This document shows positions 20,721 to 32,897 of a stretch of DNA of 64,000 nucleotides, one piece after another. Below the pieces are notes generated by a model. It was not told where the DNA came from and ran no database searches. It saw nothing but the letters and a program-made list of their open reading frames with translations. The translations under genes were made by a program, and so were the position numbers. The stretch is from Amoebophrya sp. A120. Lineage: Eukaryota > Protista > Dinoflagellata. Every line of letters begins with the position of its first letter. The first letter of the stretch is position 1. Location: NCBI GenBank assembly GCA_905178155.1, contig CAJINV010000004.1:1178881-1242880 (forward strand), read 5' to 3'.

Positions 20721-22420
20721 CACTAGCATGCCCCCTTGTAGTGGTTAACATTCCTCCCGTGTAGGGCGTGCGGCCCGGCACGACGGCGCCGGTGCCGTGC
20801 TTGTGCCGGGAGAGGCAGGGCGCACTGGCTCCGGCGCAGCGCCTGCCGGCTAGAGTGAACCCGCCGGCCCGGCCGGGCTATCAGTGGCGCACATAATACC
20901 CTCGCCACCAGCATCGAACACCGCCAAAAGCTGCGGCGCAAACAGCTCCCGCGCCTCGGGGTTCTCGCGGGCCGTCGCCGATAAGACGGGCGGGCGCGCC
21001 ATCGCGCCGGCGAAGTGGTCCCGTCCTGCGGGATTCGTCCCCGCGCAGGCCGGCAGGCACTTACCGGGGCGCCCCCGGAAGCGGCGGGCGGCGGGCGGCA
21101 GCGCCCGGAAGCGGAAGCGGCGGGCGGCAACGCCACGCCCTGGCGCCGCGCAAGCAGACTGAGACTGGCACACGCGGGGAAGTAGGCGCGCACGCGCCCC
21201 ACACGCACCCGGCTGCTCCTTCGCCGGGGGAAAGCCGGCACCTTGCCCATTTTGCGAGCCCTCTCGCCCCATTTCTTCTGAAATTCATTGCCAGCGGCCG
21301 CCCGGCGGCTGCGTGGGTGTTGCGTCAGCAGCTCGCTTGCTCCACCATCGCGCGCCGCGGCACTTTCGTCGTCGCGCTCCTGTTGCGGCCGGCTGGCGTG
21401 CGAAGCCTCTTGGCGGCGCACGCCATTCGGCGCGTGTTGCTTGGATATGCTTGCGCCTGTCCACAAACGCAGCGCGCCCCTTGCGGGGGGCCCTCGCCAC
21501 CCTGCCCGTCCGTGCCCCGGGAGGTTGGCCGCGTCTCCGGAGACCCCAACAAAGAAGACACGCCCCGCCAAGCACGGCAATTCCCTTCGCCACCCACTTG
21601 TAGGCGTCTACGGCCCAAAGCAAGAGGGGCCAGCGCACTGCTATCCAAGGACGGACGGGAGGCGCGCGGCCATGGCCATGCCCACAGCTGTGGCCCACAG
21701 CTTCTCGCGGCCCAGGCCGTTTTCCAGCCTTTGGACTTCCCGCCCCAGTTGTGTCGCCGGTTCTGTTTTCTGCCGCCCGCCGGACTGGTCCCTGTCGTGC
21801 CTGTTCTGGACCATTCCCAGAAAGCAGGAGGGCCCGCGATTTGATTTGGGGCCCCATACTTGTATGCCCCCTGCTGCCGTGTCTTGCCGCGGACCCGGCC
21901 GCGCCGGGGGTACCCCCAAAAACGCGCACGGTGCTGGGGCAATAGCAAAACAGGGCGCGCGCCCCGGCCCGTGCGTTTCTTTGCCCGCTGCGGCGGCGCC
22001 CCCGCCCCGCCTCCGCGGGCGCGTCGAGGTTGCCCAATCCTCTGCAGAATCCGCCCCCGGGCCCGTCCTTGCTTCCGCCACAGCTGACTCCCCGGGGCCG
22101 CATGGTCCGGGCACCCCCAAGCGACAAAACCCCCAGCCGCCGGCCTTGGCCGCTCAGTTCGGCAGCGGCGCGCCCAGCGCCCCGCGGCGCGCTCCATTCT
22201 GAAAGCGCGGGCGTCGCACTTACGCAATTCGCGACGGAGCTCGCGGCGCGTAAGGCGGGGCATCTTTAAGGCTTTGGCAGTGTTGTGGAACACAATCCGG
22301 GCCGCCGCTCCGGCGTGCCAAGACGGCGGCCCGCCGGCGATGGCACGGGCGCCCGCGGCGCTGCGCTCGCAGTGGGTCCGTTAACGGGTGCGCCGCCCCT
22401 GCGCCCCCGGCCGGTCTCCA
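20721..22420. other. Intergenic GC-rich island, probable unclassified repeat or mobile element
   Basis: Abrupt shift to very high GC; internal CCCGGAAGCGG repeats; preceded by a duplicated TCGCGCATTTTCCTCA; ORFs in all frames look spurious; ends not resolved. Confidence 0.5.
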
Positions 22421-22723
22421 AAGATCTACAGTGGTGGCCCCAGCACTATGCTGATCCTCTTCTCCGATCCGGCAGTAGAAGTAGAAGTTGTAGTGCCTGC
22501 AGCAACAACAGAACACTTACTACAGCGCCACGCCTGTGGCGTTGCGCCTGCGTGCAACATGTGCTAGCCTTTTCAACACTGTTCGGTTGGGAATGTCTCC
22601 AGTTGATCATGAGGTTTCTACTCTTTTGTCGCTCGTTCGTTCTTTTCCTGACACGTGTTGCTACTTGTCAACAACAATACCAAAATCACATGGCTTCCTT
22701 TCCACATCCCCTGTCCAACATCG

Positions 22724-24759
22724 TTATGATTCGTTCGTCCCCTCGAAAAATCCCACGTTTCTATTCAAGTAGCCCACACCAAAGTGGCTTCCCTGAGGCT
22801 TCTTCACCGGTGCTGCCCTCTGCCTGGGTCTGGAGTTTTTCTCTCTCTTGTTCCTTGACCGCGATCTACTCCTCGAGTTCCTGATTTTTCTCCCGCGGCT
22901 TTGGTCATTTTTACGCCGGTTTTTCGAGTCCTTTCTTCGGCTGCGACTACGATCGCGCGGCGCGGCCCTCTTGCCGCTGCGACTGCGGCTTTTCTGATTA
23001 TTTTTCGGACTTCTGCTACGGCTACAAGAACGCCGCCTCCGATCATAATTTTTCGGATTTCTGCTGCGACTCTTTCGATTCCTGCTCCGGCTGCGCACAG
23101 CATCTCGCAAACCCTGCCTGGAAGATAAATCTTTCTTCCTTCGGTCGCGGGAGTCGTTCCTACTTCTGTCACGCGACCTCCGGTCCTTCCTGCTCTCCTC
23201 GGATGAATCCTCACGCACTGGTTCTTTGTCCAGATCTCCAAATTTGTCGTGGGTCCACTTGTTATCCCTCCGAGGACGCGTTGTGCCTCCATTTCTCTTC
23301 CGACTATCTGCATCCCGCCGTTGTTGTTTCCTCCGTCGCCCCCTTTCCGAGGACCTGGACCGGCTCCGCTGCCTTTCCCGCGACGGACTGCGCTTGTTTT
23401 TCCGGTCAATCGCCTTCAACAGCTCCTCCTTCTTCATCGGCGACAAGTCGATCTATGAACTGCAAAAGTATGGTATCGCACTCGCATAAATGCATTACAA
23501 ATTTCGTCAGAATGAGAAGTGAAATTTGTGATGCGGATTTACCTTGAAAAAAAGATTAAGATTTGTAATGAAGGATTACAATACGAGTACGATACTTTTG
23601 CACGGGATACGATCGACTCCTCGTCCAGTTCCCGCTGCCTGTTCACCTTTTCCCCCTTTTCGTTGTGCAACTGCATCCTCCGCTTCAAAATCTCCTCGGC
23701 CAGATCGTCGATGAGACTCTTCTCCTGGTTCTGTTTTCGGTACACCTCGTAATCATTCTCCTCCTCGGGGATGAAGGGCTCCTCTGCAGCTCCTTCTACT
23801 CCTGCTGCATCTTCATTTGGAGGTGCACCCCCGCCGTCGTCAAGTAAATCAGCATCGTCGTCCTCTGAATAACCAACATTGGTAGTTCCATCCTTGTGTT
23901 TGTTCATCCCGGAAGCCGCAGTCGTCCTTGCCGCTGCCTTACTGGTAGTATTCGGCCCCAGTTGGTACTTCTGGACGATTTTTTCCTTCTGCAACAACAT
24001 CCTTTCAATGGGGTTCAAGTCCGCAGCTTGCTCCTCGTCATCGATATCCAGCACGTTCGCTCGTTGTAGTTCTATGGAAGTGTCAGAATCGAAATTGACA
24101 AAATCGAAATATTTGCGATGCACAAAATCGATGTCAGTTGGAGCCTCAGTTTTTAAGTGGCGCATGACAAATTTCGGGAGCACCCAAATCCAGTCTGTCA
24201 TGCTGTTTGGGCAAAGAAGACTCCTCCTGTCGTGCTACTCTGGCAGCACATTGTATACTTACCCCTAAACAGGCTTGCAGTTGGTCTCATTTGCCTGCTC
24301 CCCAATACAGGCCTTCAGTGCCCTACATTTTATGCATCACAAATTTTTCGATTTTGTCGATTTCGACGATCCTGACACATCCATAAGTTCCGCTCCGGAT
24401 TTATTGTTCGCGCTGCCCGCTCCAGCGCCGGGCAGTGTCAGGATAGACGCTGCGGAGAGATTCGTGATGCTTGGCTTGTGAATAACCTTACCCGCGGCTT
24501 CTTCCCTTTCCAGCCTCAGCTGTTCGTTTTCAGCGTCGAGTAAAATCTTTTCCTCGGTGGTTAATTCTTTCAATTTCAAAATCGGGTTCTTTTTCCCGAG
24601 GGTCATATCCTCCAAAGGTCGTTGCTTCACTTTTGGCAGCCTGGACAAATCCAGCTTTTCTCTCTTGGACTTCTTGTCCTTTTTATTTTTCTTCTGCTTT
24701 TTCGCCTCCTCCACCTCCTCTATCTGGCGTTCCAGCGCCCGCATCGGGTCGTTGTCCAT
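22724..24759 (-). CDS. RS-rich nuclear or splicing-related protein (~518 aa)
   Basis: Three ORF pieces join in frame after removing elements 24073-24385 and 23454-23609 (1557 nt); Lys-rich N-terminus, many RSRSRS runs, KWTHDKF motif (WxHDxF as in Btz-type domains). Confidence 0.82.
23454..23609. mobile_element. Short TIR introner family D (156 bp)
   Basis: TATGAACTGCAAAAGTAT...ATACTTTTGCACGGGATA; repeat CGATC. Confidence 0.92.
24073..24385. mobile_element. TIR introner family C
   Basis: TATGGAAGTGTCAG...CTGACACATCCATA; repeat AGTTC; 313 bp. Confidence 0.94.
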
Positions 24760-25602
24760 TTTGAGAGATTGCTACAGTACTACTCTAAGAACAAAAAGAA
24801 AAAACAGCAAATTTTGCGTCACGTATTGTGATGATAATGAACTACCGAGACTGGTGCGACTGGCGCAGCTGCTGGTGGACGCATTTACTAAACTGAATGA
24901 CTCACTTTTTCTTTGTCTTTATCCACTGCATGATTGCTACTGGCTGTTGAGAGAAAACTGCTTGAAAGAAGAAAACGAAGAAGCGAAAGCTGTTCCGCGG
25001 AATGATTGCTTTGCCCTCGCTTCTGCAAGGGCCTAGGTGCGGATCGAGACATGAGGTAGTCTACGAAAGAAGATCAATAGCGGGGCGCTTCTTCATCAAC
25101 AAAAGTTTAGGATCGATTACTTATTGATGAACACCGGTCTTGGTCTTTCAAAGGGGTCACTCTCTAACCATGTTTTTACTGTACGAGATTGATATGGTTG
25201 CTAGTACACTTTTCTTGAAGAAGATAGAATTACAAGTATTCAGGCGAAACAAATTTGCTGTGTGGACTGATCGATCATGCGAAACTTTGCTGTGTGGACT
25301 GGTCGTAAACAGATTGATGGAATACGAATCAATGCAAAAAATTGCTAAAAAATAACTCAAAACGAAAGCTACAAGAGATCTCTGTAACTACAAATTGCTT
25401 CAATGCAAGAGAACCGTACCGACCTTATTTCGAAAGAAAAATGCTTCGTCTTTGGTCGAAACGCCATAGCGAGGCACATAGTGAAAAGAAGAAGAACAAA
25501 TACAACCGGAAGCGGCCGGCTTATAGGTTAAGCATCAAAATTAAAGTCACGAACAGAATCACGTAATAAAACTTACTATCAAAATATAAACAGCCCGCCT
25601 CT

Positions 25603-26304
25603 TCACATGATTACGCACGCATTGCCCATTCTCCCCGTCGGATAGCTGCTGCAGATTCCGCAGTAGCTCCCGTCCTTAAACTTGCCCTCTCGGCCGTCTT
25701 CTTCAGCTTCCATCAGCAACACAGGCTGTTTTGGGAACATGGGCTGCTGCAGGTTCCCGCGAAGGCACCGGTTGGTCGTACCGTGCGGCTCGAGAATCAA
25801 CTCCAATTCCGACTTCGTTCCTGCAGCTGTTTGGTTCGACGAACTCTGTGTTTCCCTATTGCTGGTCGACGCGCTGTGGAGCTGCAGGAAGACTAAGTCC
25901 TTGGTCTCGTCGTACAGTGCGAAACCCTCTAGCGGCTCCTTAAAGGGCGCCAGTTTGTTCTTCGGACTGGGGGGAGAGGTAGTTCTTACTGGAGAAACAT
26001 TATCAGAAGAAGTTGTTCCGGCAGGGCTCGCGGTGGTGACCTCGTCGACGTCATTATCGTTCAACACCACCGTCCCGGCGAACAACTCGTGCGAACCAGA
26101 GACAATCCCTGTCGCTTTATCAATCGCGTGGATGGTAATTTGGTACTGCTGGGCAAAAGCAGGATTCAGTCCGGGGATCGTGGTGTGTTCCGGATTCGCT
26201 TTTCGATTCGCGACAACGGAGGGAGTTTGACGCGGGATGATCTGCAGCGACCCGCTCCAGAGCGTGGCGTTGAGGGAAGAAAGGTTGCGAAGTTCCATAT
26301 GCAA
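25603..26304 (-). CDS. Hypothetical protein (233 aa, or the last exon of a longer gene)
   Basis: Protein-like ORF on the same strand as all neighbours; ends CVIM*, a possible CaaX box. Confidence 0.6.
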   Translation of the reverse strand: MHMELRNLSSLNATLWSGSLQIIPRQTPSVVANRKANPEHTTIPGLNPAFAQQYQITIHAIDKATGIVSGSHELFAGTVVLNDNDVDEVTTASPAGTTSSDNVSPVRTTSPPSPKNKLAPFKEPLEGFALYDETKDLVFLQLHSASTSNRETQSSSNQTAAGTKSELELILEPHGTTNRCLRGNLQQPMFPKQPVLLMEAEEDGREGKFKDGSYCGICSSYPTGRMGNACVIM

Positions 26305-26812
26305 GGGGAGAAAAACAGCCAGGAATGATGGAAGGCTACACGTTTTTTATGTGCTTTGATGTTTGACCCTTTCTTGCGCGGAAAAATGAATGGTCCACTC
26401 GACAATAAGTCGTGATGAGTGACTAAGAGCATACTTGCAGCAGGGGTCGTGTTTGTGTTGAAAACTCGAATTTCTAAGACGTCTAACAAGCACTCAAGAA
26501 GAGGTCTTGCTTATATTAGTTCGGGTGGTCCTGTTGGAGAATTCGACAAAATCTAGACATCAAGGCGATTGGCATCCTTTTTTCACTTCCATGATAGATA
26601 GTACCTCGTACAACTCGTTCGTCATGTTTTTTGTTCTTCACTACTTGCAAAAATACATCAAAAGCCGTTTGGCAATGGCATCAGCAGCACCTTGTGCCCA
26701 TGCATATCTTTATCATTCCAGACGATTCAGTAACGTCCACCGCATCATGCAAAGGCAATCTCCTTAAGTACTTAGACTTACCAGCTGCTTGACAGCACAA
26801 ATAAAACACCTC

Positions 26813-28716
26813 TCAGTCCTGCTGTTCTCGATCTTCCCTTGCATATTCCAGAAAATCATTGTAAAAGGGCGGATTCCTCGGCAACGCCGACTCCAAAAGT
26901 TGCTTGGAAATGAAACTGGTGGAGTCCCCACTCGTCGTGTTTGGAACAATAGTACGACCAGCCAAGTGACCTTCCCTGGGCGTGTTGGCTGCGGAGTCGA
27001 GCCACTCCGTTCTCGCGGTGTCCAGCGGGTTCACATATTGTTGCAGACTTTCATCTCCGGTTGCGAAGAACGCGGGGGCACCACTTGACATTTTCTGTGT
27101 AGAAGAAGTTGTAGTCCCCGCCGCAGGTGTTCTGCCTCTTGGACTTCTAGGCGAAGACGATTCTTGATGATGTGCGAGCACTTTTAATGTACTATCACTA
27201 TCTTTCGAAGTTTTATTATTTTTGCCACCGTTCGAGACTCCTACTCCTGGCAGCGCAAGCTTCCCGACGTTCTTCAAAAGAATTGGTGCGTCAACATCCA
27301 CTTGCTCCGTTGCCGTCTGCCTCGTGTTACTATCGCGACTGCCCAAGGAAATGTCGGAGAACCGCGAATCTTTATCCCCCTGATGTCCCGCTGCAGTTGT
27401 TCTACTTCCCAAGGCTGGAGCGCTGGACGGCAGAGTTGTGCCTCTTTGGCTAGAGTTTTTTCCTTTGCCTTGTATCATCATCATCCCTGGTTTATTATTT
27501 TTCGCAGCAGCTGCACCAGGAGTAGCTCCCGTACTGAAAGTTTCTGCCCCATTTGAGGATATCAAGACACTAGGCTGCTGGAGCTGCACCGTTTCTCCCT
27601 CCCCGTGCAACGTTTCCCCACGGAGCGCTTGCGACTTCAGAAAGGATTGTTTGTTTTTGCTGCTGTTTCTATCAGCTTGGAACTCCACGTGCAAGTCGTC
27701 GGCTGTTAGAATTTGCGAGTTTTTCCGCGAAATATGATGTCTGCCAGACTGGTGCGAAGTCGACGTCGCTGCCATCCCTGACAAACTCTGCGCGCTTCCG
27801 GGTGGCGTGATGATTAGCGACTCGTCGTGCTGCAGTTGCATTTGCCTTGCAGGAGGAGGACCAGCACTACTGATACTACTGCCATAGTGGTCACCCTCGA
27901 TGCTATCATGGAACATCAAAAGCTCCGCATCTTCGTCCCCAGCGGCGGGCGACTGCGATCTGACCGGAAAATTCGGTGTGACGTAGCCATCGGCAGAATC
28001 GACGGATCCCTTCGAGGACCCGTTATTAATGTTGCGATTTAGCTCCTGAATCATGTGCAACTTCGGCGTCCTCGGCGTTTCCGGAGAAAGGTCGTCATTC
28101 CCCGAAGTAGAACTTCTCGCACTGCGGCGTGGGCTCCTCGGAGGAGCGGCCTGTTGTAGTTCTCCTGCAGTTCTACTACTACTACTACCTCCTGGTGAAG
28201 AATAACTCAGCCCCGAAGTAGATTTCTCCGTGTTTGCTTGCACTCGTTGGTCTAGCGAAGGTAAATTCAGCTTCAGGCCTGGATTCGAGCGGGGCGAGCT
28301 GGTGGTCGTACTGAGTGAAGCCGTCTCCGCGTTTTTGCGAGGCGTTTCCGCGTATCAAATGTAAAAGTGTCTGGGTCTGGAAACTTGTGATGCTGGGTGG
28401 CGTCTCATGATGAGGCCACAAATGCTGGCTCAGCATGACAAGTTTCTGAGGTTCTACTTCTAGGTGTTGCCTATTCTGCATGACAAACTGCGTTTCTTAA
28501 TCACAGAAAAATGGAGCTCTTGGGTAACGTGCATGACAGATTTGAGAATCATGCCAGACAAGCATGACAAACATGCATTCTTCCAGACCCACACATTTTT
28601 ACATTTGATAATGCGCTTGCTGGAGGCGAGCTGGTGGTCGTACTGAGTGAAGCCGTCTCCGCGTTTTTGGCCGGCGACGATGCGCTTGCTGGAGGCGAGG
28701 TCTTGTTCTTCGGCAT
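26813..28716 (-). CDS. Ser/Thr-rich low-complexity hypothetical protein (~546 aa)
   Basis: ATG at 28716 (MPKNKTSPPAS...) joins the 476-aa ORF in frame after removing element 28353-28610 plus 5 nt (1641 nt). Confidence 0.75.
28353..28610. mobile_element. TIR introner family A
   Basis: Family A TIRs; degenerate repeat CCGCG/ATGCG; internally very similar to 38298-38550. Confidence 0.92.
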
Positions 28717-31347
28717 GATTGATTTTTGATCACTATTTTGCTGCCAAAGAATTCAAAGTCGACACAACAAGAAAAGCTAGAAAGGTTTCTATTACCCGCG
28801 TGGAGTGACAATGAGTGGTAGTAGTATCAGATGATCGCCGGTCGTATCCTATAATCAGGGCAGAACAATATTGTTTTCTTGGGAGGGGGCGGTTCGGAAA
28901 CTAAAACGAAAATGTTACAGCTGGGCTGCGAAGTAGACGACGCAGTTGTTTCTGTCAGAGTTTGTCTTTGTTTTCATCCAAATGGATTTAATTCAACGCA
29001 GAACGAAAAGCAAAAGAAGCACGAAAAGCTGCTGCACACTCGAAACATAGATGGAGTTCTCACGGTGTCGTAGGCGCACGAAACGAAATCACACAAAAAC
29101 ACCCGCTGCACGAACATCGGAGAGGACGGTGATGAATTTATAATGAGAAACGAATGACAACACTGCACAAAAAACGCACCGAGTTCTTCGTCACAGCTGA
29201 CGGCGCGCAAACAGACTTCTCGCAGAAAGAACGAGGACGATACCGATAGCATTTCACAGTAGGCTTCTGCGAAACAACATCAGTCACGAACAATTCCGGT
29301 TTGGTCGATCCGTCTCTCAGGCGATCAACCTACTTGGAAGTCAGTGTCAGTACTTGAAATTTTTTGCGAAAAAATAAAGCAGGTCTTCGTTTGTAGAGAA
29401 AGCGAAACGGAACCGTTTATAGTAGTGTTTCGTTCTAACTTCAACAAAGTACATGTGCTTTTAGTTGTTTCTTTAAGTACATATGTTGGGCAGGGATATA
29501 GGATTCATCTTTGGCGGACTTTTGTCATCTTCTGCAAGTAGAAGTAGCATGGAAACAATAACGAGTATCAATACTTCGTTCTCTAGGGGTTCTTAATGCT
29601 TTTCTCTTTTTGCGTACCATTTTCGTTTAATTTCCCGCACGTAGTCTATGCATATTTTTGCATCAATACCAATAGTCGTGGCCTTAAATTATAGTCTTCG
29701 ATCGCGTTTGCGTTGATGTACAGGAGCAAAATAGTATTAAACGTATCGATATTTGGTCGTGTTAAAGCGTGTAAGTGGGTAGTTTTTGCAGTCGTGGTGC
29801 AACATGCTGCAGTACTATGTCACTGCATAGTAGTTGTTGTGCAGCTTATAATTCAGCCCGCCTGCACTTGTCGATCGTTTTCTCAGCTTCCAGCCTGAAT
29901 AAAACAAAGCAATATTTTGAATGGGCTTGGTGGATATTAATACTGCTGAGCTATTCAGGCTGCTATGTTGACCAGCATCCTGGTCATCTTCACGATAAAC
30001 TACATTTGCTGGTGGAAAAAAATGGGTACGGTGTGGAAGAGTTACAACTTACTTTGCCCAACATCATCTACTTCTACGTCTAAATTCCTGCACCATCTAC
30101 TGGATAAAAAGCTAAGATGTTGAATCTCCATATCTGATAGTTTGTCAGGTACTATCGGGATTCCTCACCAGTAGATAGATTGTTTCGAGGACCTCCAAGG
30201 CCGCACGTCAACAATAGGACGAGATCGGGCCAGGCTTTACAGATGAAAATGAAGCAGCGAATTAGTTCTTGAAAGAGAGCTTCATACTACGCATTCAAAT
30301 TGCTCTGCTGCATACTTTTGGATGTTGTCGCTCGCCTATTCTATACTTCGCCGTCGTCGTGACTCTACTCGTCCAAGTGGAAGTTTTTTTCCCGTGGCAA
30401 AGGCTCTTTTTATGCTGGAGGGTATCAGCTGGTACTAGTATTCTCTGTTTTTTATTCGTAGCGAGAATTGTCAATATCAAGCATGGACATGCGCTAGTAC
30501 AACAGGGTTCATGATGTACGTAGTAAGCGGGGTACAAACCTTCTCCTTGTGGCCTTCTATTTTATTGGACGACTTATACTAGAAACAGGAGGGTTTTGCA
30601 ATGGAAGGATGCACGACATTGTCCAGGACATATTACGTCCGATTCTCCATGCGGGTCTTGCGGCTGTGATTCTGCAGGTACAGATTCCGGAACTAACTTG
30701 GTACAAAAATTCGCTACATCATCGCCCTCATCGACTTCAATACAACTGAGAGCTGAATCAAAAAGAAGCTATAGGCAATCGCAAAAAGCAATTGAGAATC
30801 TGAAGAACCCCCCCAGAAAAAGCGAAGGTTGCAGCTATAAGAAGTGTCGTACTAGTACTAGGTCTCTATTATATCGGGGCCGCGCGGTGGAATCGATTCA
30901 AGAAAAAGAAAAAAAAGCACAGTAGTCTTGCTTTGATAAAAAATTCTACCCCTTCTATTTTTATTTTTTTGCCCTATTTAGAAAACTTGTGACGACGAGC
31001 CAAGAAGTCCAGCTCGAGGCATCTTCAAAACTACAGCTCTAGAAGCACAAGAAGGCAGGATCTACTGCCTTTCAAGCTCGGACGAAAAAATAAAAGTGTT
31101 TACAACACGACATGTAGGACAACTACATCCGCCCCGAGGCTGACTAGGTTTCGCCAGCTCGGGCCGGTGCGCATAGCAGAATCAAATTCATCATCGTTGA
31201 TAAGCATAATCATCCCAGGAGGTTCTTCTTTGGCGAAGCTGACGCAAAGACGTCGTAAAGTTTTTACAGTAGAAATTCTATCGTGCTGTCCGTTCTGTTG
31301 GTTCCGACCGTCTGATTTCAAAAAAATGCATCAAACGACCGCGGATA

Positions 31348-32430
31348 AGAACCGAGGTATAGAACTAGGAAGAATAATGAGCCTTTTATTGTACAGTCCG
31401 AGAGTTGTCAATCAGGCACCGGAGATGTTGACCCCTGAGAAGGGATGAAAAACAGGAGCGCCGCAGGGTCCTTTTAGTGAATATGCCGGGGGGTATGGCA
31501 AATATGTGGGGCTATACCACCCCACATATTCGCAATCAGGGCGGCATACTGAATATTTGGGGTGGAGGGGGCCCGCATAGTCACTAAAAGGACTAAAAGG
31601 AGAGCAGCGCCGGCGCCAGCAACCGACGCGAGACGGAAACGAAGCCGACCTGTGGACGGGCCTCACAAAGCCCGAAGGCTTTTCAACAAGGCGACAACGC
31701 CGCCGCTGGTATGCTACGTGCGGCGAGCTGCGCGACGGATCAAAAACCACCCGCAGGGTAGGGACTGTATGCCCACGGGCAACCAAGACAGGTCGCGCGG
31801 CCGCCTTCCTTTTTGCCCCCGGCCAAGCCGACACACACGCGGAGCCCTTTTGGTTTTCGTGCGGGCGCCCCAAGCCGTAGCCGCCACGCCGGAATCGCCC
31901 CAAGGGCGAGAGCCGCCGCGATGGCACTCGGCTGTGGCTGAAGGTCACTCCGGGGAAATTGATGAAAATCCCGCAGCGCCATGCTAGGCGCTCACTGCTT
32001 TGCACGTGCATGGAGGGCAAACGCAAATCGAAAAGGTCGGCTTCACAGGAGGCCGCCGCCGGCGCCAATATTTGTAGCGAGTCTGTTTAACAAGCCCCGT
32101 TACTTACTACATTAGTGGCGCCCGGCATCAGCCGAAGCATCCAGAGCCAGAAGCGCTGTGGGTGCATTTCTCATGGAGACACATGCCCTTTCCAACGAAA
32201 AGCGGCAACATGTTGCGCGCTACCTGAAGAGCGGCAACATGTTGTGCAATTCGCGAAACCTAAAATCCCCCCGAATATGTGGGCCCTGAAAAAAGGCCGT
32301 TCTCGGTTCCGCGGCGCTAGTTTGTCCCCCCATAGAACCGAGGTGCAACTAGGAACAATATTAAACCTGAGCCTTTTATTGTACAGTCCGAGAGCCGTCA
32401 ATCAGGCACCGGAGATGTTGACCCTGGAGA
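31348..32430. repeat. ~95-bp imperfect direct repeats flanking a ~890-bp GC-richer core with imperfect inverted ends
   Basis: AGAACCGAGGT...TGAGCCTTTTATTGTACAGTCCGAGAG..GTCAATCAGGCACCGGAGATGTTGACCC at 31348-31440 and 32334-32430; the core starts GGGATGAAAAACAGGAGCGCCGC and ends GCGGCGCTAGTTTGTCCCC. Confidence 0.8.
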
Positions 32431-32897
32431 CGGTTGGGCAGCACCGAGATTGATACTCAACTGAAATAATCGGAGAGAGAAATATGAGAGAGTGCTTGCA
32501 CTAGTAGATTTTTTGAGATTATATGAGATTTTTAACACCATCAAATGAGCTGTTGGATCGATACTTGTACAATGATCGAAAGACATCAATCGCTTTTTCC
32601 TTGAAAAGTTGCATTTACAGTCCAACATTAGCTGAGTCCAACATTAGCCATTTTTGACTTAATACAACAGATACAGTTTTTTATTTTTGATTGCATCTTT
32701 TTATTCTCCGGTATAAAAACCGACTGTTCTCGTTCTGAATTGTAAGCTATAATGATGGGCCCCCGCTGCGTGCTTCTACTTTAATCTTATCAAAGACTCC
32801 TTGTTCATTTTTTTACAATGTTCAAAAAATCTCACTCGACTCCCGCCAAGAGCAGGGGCAGAAATGTTCGTGGTCCCTTACTGGACTTCGTGGTCCC

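Noticed and set aside
20723-22293. 280-322 aa ORFs on both strands
   Set aside because: Ala/Arg/Gly/Pro-rich in every frame, as expected from stop-codon scarcity in high-GC DNA; no motif recognised.
20721-22495. CACTA transposon (CACTA at 20721, TAGTG at 22491-22495)
   Set aside because: The inverted match does not extend beyond 5 bp and there is no 3-bp target duplication.
32645-32662. TAGCCATTTTTGACTTAA resembling the dinoflagellate spliced leader
   Set aside because: Short and mismatched, on the non-coding strand, and not upstream of a gene.
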